In this document: positions 56,061-64,000 of the stretch, piece by piece
Position numbering within the stretch: the stretch's first letter is position 1
How the letters are laid out: each line of letters starts with the position of its first letter
IMG/VR virus record: IMGVR_UViG_3300025276_000022
Strand: one strand, 5' to 3'
DNA length: 64,000 bases
From: a virus
Notes under the pieces: model-generated
The model's input: only the letters and a program-made list of their open reading frames with translations
Told to the model about the DNA's origin: nothing
The model's database searches: none
Translations under genes and position numbers: made by a program

Positions 56061-56941
56061 AACCATCTGAATTAGTCACTTGGCGAGGAACGCCAGGCGT
56101 AGGTGATTTCATGTGGGCATTGAATTGCTGTCACAAGTATGCCGCGGATCATGATGTATCAAAGATTAATTTGGAACTTCACTGGGAACACGGTGAAGAC
56201 CATAACCATCACTTCGAAGATCCAGAAACGATCATCGAACGATGTAACTACATACACAACTTCTACCATCAACAAGAAAGGGTAGAGATACATCACATAT
56301 TCAATGCTGATGGTAGGTACAAGCATTGGAAGTTTAATGATGATGTTGTTTTGGAAACAAACGGTGATCGTAGGATAGCAGCAATAGACAACCACGGATT
56401 CAAAGCAAGGTTCTTTTTTGAGTCAGGTTACTATGATGATACTCCGGGCTCCGATGCACCGGACAACGATTGGATATTCCGAGAGGATTCCTTCCGAGAC
56501 TATAATCCTAATCGTATTGTGTTCTGGAGACCTACATGGAATGCAGAGAGACCTCGTACATGGAAGCGGATCTTTAACGACTCCGACTGGGATCATCTGA
56601 TAACACACTTCCGTCGTCTAGGGTTCGATATGCATGAACTATCGTATCGTACCCCAGTATCCGAGGCCATGCATTTAATCGCTACCTCACGTATGGTCAT
56701 ATGCTACGATGGTATCTGGCATTACGTCGCAAAGAACTTTGCTCGACCTCTCGCAGTAATCAGTGGTGAGGGTGTGACTAAATACCATACATCGAATGCT
56801 TTAAGACTCAACCCAGAACTACCAAGCGAAGAGATGGGAGCATGGTGGTGGATAGAACATATAGAAGATCTATTAGAACAAACTAAACGTAAATCAGTAG
56901 ACTACGAAGACAGGATGAAGACTTATTATGGAAATGACTAG
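56057..56941 (+). CDS. GT9-like glycosyltransferase
   Basis: GVGD, WKR, YDG..HYVA..PL.VI. Confidence 0.55.
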   Translation: MKPSELVTWRGTPGVGDFMWALNCCHKYAADHDVSKINLELHWEHGEDHNHHFEDPETIIERCNYIHNFYHQQERVEIHHIFNADGRYKHWKFNDDVVLETNGDRRIAAIDNHGFKARFFFESGYYDDTPGSDAPDNDWIFREDSFRDYNPNRIVFWRPTWNAERPRTWKRIFNDSDWDHLITHFRRLGFDMHELSYRTPVSEAMHLIATSRMVICYDGIWHYVAKNFARPLAVISGEGVTKYHTSNALRLNPELPSEEMGAWWWIEHIEDLLEQTKRKSVDYEDRMKTYYGND

Positions 56942-57917
56942 AGAAACATTTCAGATCGACCGAGCAGTAATCGAGGTCGCGGGCGGATGTAACTATTCAT
57001 GCTCTATGTGTCCCCAAGACCTACGTGAAGGTGGTCGACATAAAGGGTTCCGTCGTATCATGAAGCTCGCTGAGTTCGAGAAGTATGTAGCAGACTGTGC
57101 GCAGTACGGACTGAACGTTGTCAACCTAGATGGTTCGGGTGAAGCAACCATGGCGAAGAACCTACCTGAATATATCAAGGTAGTAAAGAAGTATGGTGCC
57201 AAGGCATTCATCTTCTCTAACGGATTCAAGATGACTGGTAAGTACATGAGAGATTGTGTTGATGCCGGACTTGACTTCTATCGATTCTCATTCATCGGTT
57301 CGGACGAACAAGACTACAGTAAGTGGATGCACAATGCAGTAGGCGGACACTACGCTCAGATTAGACGTAACATCGAAGAGATGGTTGCGTACGTCAAAGA
57401 GACTGGTTCAGAGTGTGTCGTATCTACCTACCACCTAATCACCGACAACGATAAGATCGACGAAGAACTAGAGAAGTACAAGACCTTGGTTGATGAACTA
57501 GGCGTCAAGACTGAGATATGGAAGATGCATAACTGGTCTGGTGTTCAGGACATATCGGAGTCAGGCGTACGTGAAGGTAAGAAGAAGACATGTGGACGAC
57601 CGTTCTCTCCGGACGTAGTGATACGTGCTGGTGGTCTAGACAAAAAGACTGGTGCAGTACACCCATGTTGTCAGGTACTTGGACGTGACGAAGAAGCAGT
57701 ATTAGGTCACGCCTCAGAAGATAACATACTTGACATCTTCTTTGGTGAAGAGTACGAGACGCTACGTGAACAGCACCGCACCGAACAATACCCAGACTTC
57801 TGTAAGAGCTGTGACTTCTTAGTTGAAGATCCAGAGGTACTAGTCTACACCAACCACGAACGTGATCTAATGAAGATGCACGGAACTAATTTCACACTTA
57901 ACGACTACAGGGATTAA
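56928..57917 (+). CDS. Radical SAM/SPASM protein
   Basis: CNYSCSMC; C.RPF..PCC..CKSCD. Confidence 0.9.
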   Translation: MEMTRETFQIDRAVIEVAGGCNYSCSMCPQDLREGGRHKGFRRIMKLAEFEKYVADCAQYGLNVVNLDGSGEATMAKNLPEYIKVVKKYGAKAFIFSNGFKMTGKYMRDCVDAGLDFYRFSFIGSDEQDYSKWMHNAVGGHYAQIRRNIEEMVAYVKETGSECVVSTYHLITDNDKIDEELEKYKTLVDELGVKTEIWKMHNWSGVQDISESGVREGKKKTCGRPFSPDVVIRAGGLDKKTGAVHPCCQVLGRDEEAVLGHASEDNILDIFFGEEYETLREQHRTEQYPDFCKSCDFLVEDPEVLVYTNHERDLMKMHGTNFTLNDYRD

Positions 57918-57919
57918 AC

Positions 57920-58123
57920 ATGTTTAATTTAGAAAAACTTTCTTTTTATGGTATGCTGGCAAAGACTTGGATCGCAGCAAGACTAGAAGAACGTACAACA
58001 TACGACGGCGTAGTGATTGTCGCAATCTGCGGTAGTTATCTCATCTTTGACGGACTGATCGTCATGGGTGCATACGCTGGTATTCTATATGGTCTATGGA
58101 CTATGTGGCAACAACAAAAATAA
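57920..58123 (+). CDS. Small membrane protein
   Basis: WI.ARLEERT.YDG plus TM helices. Confidence 0.65.
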   Translation: MFNLEKLSFYGMLAKTWIAARLEERTTYDGVVIVAICGSYLIFDGLIVMGAYAGILYGLWTMWQQQK

Positions 58124-58262
58124 TTACCATAAATCACCTCAGCAAGATTTATGTTATTATAAATAATAGGACTTATACCGCAATTGACTGGCCAGTCCAG
58201 CGATTTTTATTTCGCACCGTACGGTGTAAGAAACTCTTTAAAGAATACTACGAGGAATACCA

Positions 58263-58982
58263 ATGACAGACCAACACAGCACGGTAACACTTAACGACCA
58301 CTTTATGGTTGGTAGTGCTACATCCGGCCACGATTTTGTTATGAACATGTATGGAATGTACATTCGGTTCGAACAACTATTACAGACCGAAGACACTAAT
58401 TTGCAGTTATCTAACTCTGCTTTCGAACACCTATACAAACCTCTCGTTGCTACCTCTCTAGGTCATCAACCAGTAGGCGATACCGCTACTGCCGAAATCA
58501 TAATTGAAGGTATGGATCGTGGTGTAGTCGCAACTGATCAGTTGTTGAAGATCACTCGCGACTATAAAGATGTCTTAGTACATCTGTGGAAAGGGTTTGA
58601 GTCAGATTCAACTTGGGAAGAATTCCGTGACGGCCCATTAGGGTTTGAACTGATCACTTCTTATGAAGAAGACGCAGCCAAGTTCGTATATGATATGGAA
58701 ATCGAATTTGAAGAACTGGTATCTTCACCACAACGTGTGTTAACTTCTTTAGTAAACCACTTACTACCACGTCAAGACAATCCGGAACTAGATTCATTCG
58801 GACAACCAAAACGAGAAATCAGCATCAGCTGTATCGATCGAGTGGTCGATAGTTGTTCGGTACGTGAGTTACGTGAAGGAAATGGAAATTCCATAGGACT
58901 ACTCGACAGTGTGGGTATACACAAACAGTTCTTATCCTCAGCACAAATCGATGAGATAGAAGAGTTTATAGGAAACCTATAG
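58263..58982 (+). CDS. Degenerate sulfotransferase-like protein
   Basis: RDYKDVLV, FEELV..P, VG.HK..LS..Q; TATAAATA at 58158. Confidence 0.45.
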   Translation: MTDQHSTVTLNDHFMVGSATSGHDFVMNMYGMYIRFEQLLQTEDTNLQLSNSAFEHLYKPLVATSLGHQPVGDTATAEIIIEGMDRGVVATDQLLKITRDYKDVLVHLWKGFESDSTWEEFRDGPLGFELITSYEEDAAKFVYDMEIEFEELVSSPQRVLTSLVNHLLPRQDNPELDSFGQPKREISISCIDRVVDSCSVRELREGNGNSIGLLDSVGIHKQFLSSAQIDEIEEFIGNL

Positions 58983-59008
58983 CACTCATTTAGTTCAAAG
59001 ATATATAA

Positions 59009-59041
59009 AGACGGGTTAGGAAACTTTCCCGTCTTTTTTTT
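59009..59041 (+). terminator. Rho-independent terminator
   Basis: AGACGGG/CCCGTCT stem plus T-tract. Confidence 0.7.
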
Positions 59042-59056
59042 GGTTATGGAAATGTT

Positions 59057-59737
59057 ATGACTACAGTATGCTGCGTTCTTTGGGGAGATAAGTTCTCTAC
59101 CGATTATGTACATCATCTGAAGGCCGGTGTAGAGAGAAACTCTACGGTCGACTATGAGTTCGTATGTTACAGTGACAGACAGATTGAAGGTGTTAAGACA
59201 GTCATTCTCAATGAAGGGATGGTTGGTTGGTGGAACAAGTTACAGCTCTTTGACGGCAGAATCGATGGGCGTGTCGTCTACCTAGACCTAGACACCTTAA
59301 TCACTGACAACATCGATTGGTTGTTAACGTATGATGGAGAGTTTGCTGGTATCGAAGACCTAGGTGTTATCAATGAACATCAACCACACTTGAAAGGTAA
59401 ACTTCAGAGTGGTGTCATGGCATGGAACTCAGCCGACATGACTTGGGTATACAACGAATTCGTATTCTCGCGAGCGAACATAATGTCTACCTTTAGAGGA
59501 GATGGTGAGTATCTGGATAGTGTGATAAGTAAGTTCAAAAGAGTTTTTATACAGCACGAGTATCCTAACCAGATAAAATCTTATAAGTATCAAGTGTACC
59601 CTAATAATATTAAAGGTACATCTATAGTATGTTTCCACGGTAGACCCAGTATCATTCAGTCTATGAGTGAAACAATACAGACACCGATAATGACTTACTC
59701 CCCCCAAGAATGGGTGCGTGAGTACTGGAGAATATAA
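59057..59737 (+). CDS. GT-A glycosyltransferase
   Basis: WGDKF, GWWNKL.LF, YLDLD, GDGEY, FHGRP. Confidence 0.85.
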   Translation: MTTVCCVLWGDKFSTDYVHHLKAGVERNSTVDYEFVCYSDRQIEGVKTVILNEGMVGWWNKLQLFDGRIDGRVVYLDLDTLITDNIDWLLTYDGEFAGIEDLGVINEHQPHLKGKLQSGVMAWNSADMTWVYNEFVFSRANIMSTFRGDGEYLDSVISKFKRVFIQHEYPNQIKSYKYQVYPNNIKGTSIVCFHGRPSIIQSMSETIQTPIMTYSPQEWVREYWRI

Positions 59738-59738
59738 T

Positions 59739-60212
59739 ATGTTAAGTGGACTATTAGGTTCGTTACTTGGTTTTGGTGGTTCGGTTGTACCTGCTCTCAC
59801 CGATCATTTCAAGTCAAAGGCTAATCAAGAATTCGAACTAAAGAAAATGGAAAAGATGGCAGAACTAACTGCCGCAGGATACGACCAAGAGATTAAAAAA
59901 TTCCAAGAGATGGGATTGGCAGAAGAGCAGAAGGCATTGCTCGCACACGATACTGCAATATCAACGGGTACAGGATTCATGTCCGGACTCCAGAAGTCTG
60001 TACGTCCTGTAATAACATACTGTTTCTTTGCGCTATTCACAGTGATAGAATATAATCTATTACAAGAAGCGTTACGTACTGGTACCCCAATGACAGAAGC
60101 ATTAGACATTTTGTGGGACGAAGATACCAAAGCGATATTCGCTGCGATCATATCGTTCTGGTTCGGATCACGTGCAATAGAGAAAGCACGCGATCACCAT
60201 TCTATTAAATAA
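59739..60212 (+). CDS. 3TM holin-like protein
   Basis: SVRPVITY..IISFWFGSR. Confidence 0.75.
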   Translation: MLSGLLGSLLGFGGSVVPALTDHFKSKANQEFELKKMEKMAELTAAGYDQEIKKFQEMGLAEEQKALLAHDTAISTGTGFMSGLQKSVRPVITYCFFALFTVIEYNLLQEALRTGTPMTEALDILWDEDTKAIFAAIISFWFGSRAIEKARDHHSIK

Positions 60213-60220
60213 GGTTAGGT

Positions 60221-60571
60221 ATGTACAAATATGAAGCAACAATCCGTAGGTGGGTCGATGGGGATACTGTCGACGTGGATATTGATCTTGGGTTCGGTCT
60301 TGTTTATAGCAATCAGCGCTTGCGTCTATACGGCATTGATGCTTATGAATCACGCACACGAAACCTTGACGAAAAGAAAAAGGGTCTGGAAGCAACTGAG
60401 TACGTCAACCAGATCGCTCCCGAAGGATCTACTGTAAGCATCATCACTCATAAGACAGGTAAGTACGGTAGGATACTCGCAGAAGTATTCGTCGAGACCC
60501 AGTACAATGAATGGCAGTGTATAAACAATCTCTTAGTAGAGGAAGGTCATGCGTCGATATACACTGCATAA
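60221..60571 (+). CDS. Thermonuclease (SNase-like)
   Basis: VDGDT, RLYGIDAYE, GKYGRIL, LVEEGHA. Confidence 0.92.
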   Translation: MYKYEATIRRWVDGDTVDVDIDLGFGLVYSNQRLRLYGIDAYESRTRNLDEKKKGLEATEYVNQIAPEGSTVSIITHKTGKYGRILAEVFVETQYNEWQCINNLLVEEGHASIYTA

Positions 60572-60911
60572 AATACTAGGGATTGCTGTGTTAGTATTTC
60601 TTATGGTATCATGTGAACCAGCCCCAAGTAAAAAGATATCAGGTACGCAAGACTATAGTGCTACCCAGTTTCCTATTACGGTTCACACATACGACACTAA
60701 GTCGGAACTAAATAAAGCGGTAAGAAATAAAACACAGCATGGTCAAAACGTCGAAGGATTAGCTTTGTGGTTTCTAGGAAAAGAAACTTCCAAAATGAAA
60801 AGATGTGAGATTCATGTAGTAACACCCAAAGGAGTCGAAGACGATTATATGACTACTTGGGGACATGAACTAGCACACTGTGTGTTTGGTACCTACCACA
60901 AAGAACCATAA
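60549..60911 (+). CDS. HEXXH zincin-like lipoprotein
   Basis: Lipobox MVSC; GHELAHC.FG.YH. Confidence 0.65.
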   Translation: MRRYTLHKILGIAVLVFLMVSCEPAPSKKISGTQDYSATQFPITVHTYDTKSELNKAVRNKTQHGQNVEGLALWFLGKETSKMKRCEIHVVTPKGVEDDYMTTWGHELAHCVFGTYHKEP

Positions 60912-60920
60912 GGAATTGGA

Positions 60921-61553
60921 ATGACACGTATTAATGTGATGGGCAATGGAGATGGTGCCTGCCTGTTTGAAAACGGTACTGACGGAGAGTTACTTGTATG
61001 TAACATGCCTCCTGTAGAACTCAGTAAGAGTGAGGTTTACGCTTCATTCATGGTAGACTTCAAGATGATGTTGGCCCTAGAAGAGGGTAAGGTTAATCTT
61101 GGAGAGTATGACTGGATTCTGGGCACACGCCCACGTAGATGGATGGAGATGAAACCATCGTTCTATCTGAAGTACTCCCAGAACATTAGAGGGTTCCATA
61201 CCTATGTACCTCCGTACGCTCAGTTGCCTGGACACAAATTGGCCGAAGCAGCAACTAACTATAGTTGTGGACATATGGCAGTAGACTATGCATGTCGTAT
61301 TATGAAAGCGACCGAGGTGCACTTGTACGGGTTCGATTCGATGTTTGACATGAATCTAAACAGTCACACAGATAAGTTCTTAAAGAGTGATAGAAGCGCA
61401 TTAAACATACATCGTATGGCAAGTAACTGGCGGCCTATCTGGTCTGGATTCTTCCGAGAATTTAGTGAGGTCACCTTCATTATTCATCACACACATTCTG
61501 ATATTAAATTAAATATACCATCGAATGTTACTATAGAAACGGGAGAGTTATAG
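60921..61553 (+). CDS. GT29/MptE-like protein
   Basis: VMGNG, CN, SCGHMA..A..VHLYGFD. Confidence 0.55.
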   Translation: MTRINVMGNGDGACLFENGTDGELLVCNMPPVELSKSEVYASFMVDFKMMLALEEGKVNLGEYDWILGTRPRRWMEMKPSFYLKYSQNIRGFHTYVPPYAQLPGHKLAEAATNYSCGHMAVDYACRIMKATEVHLYGFDSMFDMNLNSHTDKFLKSDRSALNIHRMASNWRPIWSGFFREFSEVTFIIHHTHSDIKLNIPSNVTIETGEL

Positions 61554-61684
61554 TGAAAAGAACAATTGAAGTGATATGGGAATTCATATCCGATACTGCA
61601 TGGGATTTTGAAGCAGTATGGAAGTATAGATCTAACGTACTTATATGGTGCGCAATAGCAGGGTTCATACTTTACTGGTTATAA

Positions 61685-61713
61685 AAAAAGGGGATCGCAA
61701 TGATCCCCTTTTT
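61685..61713. terminator. Bidirectional terminator between convergent genes
   Basis: AAAAAGGGGATC-GCAAT-GATCCCCTTTTT. Confidence 0.9.
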
Positions 61714-61738
61714 CGTTTCTTACTGTCGGGTAAGTTCC

Positions 61739-62584
61739 TTAGAATACTTTGATCATGTTCTTCATGATATCGCATTCTTCCGGACGGCCGTTTGAAATCG
61801 CAGAGTCCCACTGCCCTCTAACTGAAAATGCTGTGTCGACCATACTCTTACTATCTTTCTCTTCACCGTTAAACCATTTAACTGCGGAAGGTGCACCGTA
61901 GTAAATGTCGACCATATCAAATTCTGGGGTGCACATAGGTGCAAATATCTCACGGACTTGATCTTCTTCAAAACCGATTTCTTGGTCTTGCATAGGAACA
62001 CCTAAGAATACAACTGCATCAAACTTCTCATGCTCTCCTTCGATTGTCCAAGATGATTGTCCATGTTTGTATTGTTGCGAACTAAAAACAGAATTCTCTA
62101 CTAAATTTAACTCTTCGTAAACTTTATGCATAACACCTTTATGCTTACTCTCAGGTGGACGTTGAATAGAAAAGTTTACATCGTATCCGTACTGTTTCAT
62201 CAAAGCAGGTATGAATTGAGCAACGATGTTCATGTCTGGGAATGAAGACATCTCTTCACGCTCTGGGGGCATTATATCAATCATACGACCAGCGAACTGA
62301 TCTAACATCCAATGTGTCTGACCTTCATTGAAATGACCAACGAATAGGATGTTCTTATATCCTTTACTCGTCAATGCATTACAGAACATTGGTGCACGAG
62401 ACACAGCCTCTTCTGACATGTTGATCTCAAAAGATTTGTGACGTAGATATTTTCCCTTACGGATAGTTAAAGAATCTAATAGATCGTTAAGTCCACGAAC
62501 CATAGATTCTTTAGATTGTGATTCTACAAATTTTTGTGTCTGACCATCAACTAAGATGGCTTCTTCTTTAGTACTAAAAAACAT
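61739..62584 (-). CDS. Hypothetical protein
   Basis: 281-aa ORF with AAGGA ribosome-binding site. Confidence 0.75.
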   Translation of the reverse strand: MFFSTKEEAILVDGQTQKFVESQSKESMVRGLNDLLDSLTIRKGKYLRHKSFEINMSEEAVSRAPMFCNALTSKGYKNILFVGHFNEGQTHWMLDQFAGRMIDIMPPEREEMSSFPDMNIVAQFIPALMKQYGYDVNFSIQRPPESKHKGVMHKVYEELNLVENSVFSSQQYKHGQSSWTIEGEHEKFDAVVFLGVPMQDQEIGFEEDQVREIFAPMCTPEFDMVDIYYGAPSAVKWFNGEEKDSKSMVDTAFSVRGQWDSAISNGRPEECDIMKNMIKVF

Positions 62585-62587
62585 TGG

Positions 62588-62842
62588 TTAGGATCCCTTA
62601 TAGATGTTTTGTATGTGTGTTTCGAATTGCTCGATCTTGTCCAATCGATTTGGCCATAAGATGTATTCCTTTTCAGGATTCGCCTTTAGATTCGTCAATA
62701 AAGGTTGAATCGCGTTGAACAAGTTATCAAGACGGGTATGGTAATCATCAGCATCAGAAGACACGGACTCTAACTGTTGGACAGCTTCGAGTTCAGACTC
62801 GTCTACTACTGTGAAACCGAAATCAAATAATTCTGTTTTCAT
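62588..62842 (-). CDS. Conserved T4-like hypothetical protein
   Basis: FDFGFT.VDE.EL..NPEKEYI.WPNR; TATAAATA 5 nt upstream of the ATG. Confidence 0.75.
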   Translation of the reverse strand: MKTELFDFGFTVVDESELEAVQQLESVSSDADDYHTRLDNLFNAIQPLLTNLKANPEKEYILWPNRLDKIEQFETHIQNIYKGS

Positions 62843-62931
62843 AGGGTTATTTATACTTTTTTTTGCTGTCGCTGTTGACATTGTGTTATTTTTCTGTTAT
62901 AATATGCTTCTATTACCGAGAGGGACAATAC

Positions 62932-63489
62932 ATGAATATTTTTAGACTTGACAATGATCCAGTAACTTCTGCACAGATGATGTGTGACAAGCACGTAGTT
63001 AAAATGGTGACCGAATATGGTCAACTACTTTCTACTGCTCACCGTGTACTAATGGGTACACCAGAGAAACGTCCATCCAAATCAGGAAAACGTATGGTAG
63101 ACCATTATTTAGTCAAAGGCGAAGCCAAGGAAAGATTGTTATATAAGGTCGCCCATAAGAATCATCCGTCTGCTATCTGGGCCCGAGAGAATAACGAAAA
63201 CTACCGATGGTTATACAAACACTTCAAAGCAACTGCGAAGGAATACGAACATCGTTATGGACGTGTGCATATGACATACGAGAAGTTAGGGTCTATGTTA
63301 TGGATCTCACCTATCCCACCAGACGGTACCGATTACCGATGGGCCCGTGAGACAGAGATGCCTCAATGCATGCCTGATCATTGTAAGAGAGATGATGTAG
63401 TTGAAGCATATAGAACGTACTACCGCGAAGAGAAGAGAAGCTTCGCAAAATGGACTAAGAGAGAAGTGCCACACTGGTTTTCAAAATAA
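62932..63489 (+). CDS. Pyrimidine-dimer glycosylase/DenV-related protein
   Basis: MNIF.LD..CDKHVVKM..E..QLLSTAH; HPSAIW; AYRTYY; promoter 62875-62903. Confidence 0.8.
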   Translation: MNIFRLDNDPVTSAQMMCDKHVVKMVTEYGQLLSTAHRVLMGTPEKRPSKSGKRMVDHYLVKGEAKERLLYKVAHKNHPSAIWARENNENYRWLYKHFKATAKEYEHRYGRVHMTYEKLGSMLWISPIPPDGTDYRWARETEMPQCMPDHCKRDDVVEAYRTYYREEKRSFAKWTKREVPHWFSK

Positions 63490-63558
63490 GTTGACAGGTG
63501 CACTTTAGTATGTTACAATACAATTCAATTAACAATAAGACTATAGGAATATATCTTA

Positions 63559-63765
63559 ATGGATGAAATAAGATTTGTTGAGATGATCAACGAAGACGTT
63601 CAGGCGTTGACTCTTGAGATGAGTGACTGCGCAGGACATATGGTAGCAGTGAAAGGGCTTCAGATCAGTTCGCTTCAGTCACTAAGGAATAGAGTGATGG
63701 AAGAAGCTTCTAGAGGTTTCTTTCGCACTTTTCCGACGCACCTGAATGACGAGGACTTTAAGTGA
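63559..63765 (+). CDS. Hypothetical protein
   Basis: Promoter 63491-63519; AGGA ribosome-binding site. Confidence 0.55.
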   Translation: MDEIRFVEMINEDVQALTLEMSDCAGHMVAVKGLQISSLQSLRNRVMEEASRGFFRTFPTHLNDEDFK

Positions 63766-64000
63766 ACATGAATTTATGGGTGGGACGTATTCTACTAATA
63801 TTGTGGTTGAGTTTCGCTCAGAAGGCAGACGATGATTTGTATGGTGTACTCACTAGCATTCGACGATTTAATGAATGTAGAAGAGTCGTACACTTGACAA
63901 CCCCCTAGAACGTTTCTTATAATGTACAATGTATATTTTATGAAACAAATTGAGGATTTATTATGATGCACGGTTCAATGCGACATACAACGACTGGTCG

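Noticed and set aside
171-62001. Many short antisense or alternate-frame ORFs in the track
   Set aside because: They shadow well-supported genes or tRNAs and lack ribosome-binding sites or motifs.

Overview
A 64-kb segment of a large lytic T4-like (myovirus) phage genome, standard genetic code, almost all on the + strand. The host is probably an aquatic gammaproteobacterium, inferred from IscA, tRNA-Glu and the sigma70-type early promoters. The window holds: (i) a cytosine hypermodification locus next to DNA polymerase gp43, with a C5-methyltransferase carrying Arg in motif X, a CmoA-like carboxy-SAM synthase and a PP-loop amide ligase; (ii) replication genes gp43, an AEP primase-like gene, uvsX and gp41; (iii) eight tRNAs interleaved with structured non-coding RNAs and a di-heme cytochrome c peroxidase; (iv) a block of proteins starting with a T4 capsid-targeting-like sequence (MKxFxxFxxE), two of which look like modular polyproteins cut by repeated ESVELDE-type prohead-protease linkers; (v) nrdA with an inserted glutaredoxin, nrdB and iscA; (vi) an early region built from promoter cassettes; (vii) a late glycan-modification and lysis region. 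Best leads: the head-packaged polyprotein system, the carboxymethylcytosine locus, and the ncRNAs and pseudoknots in the tRNA cluster. All calls come from reading motifs by eye; no database search or folding program was run.
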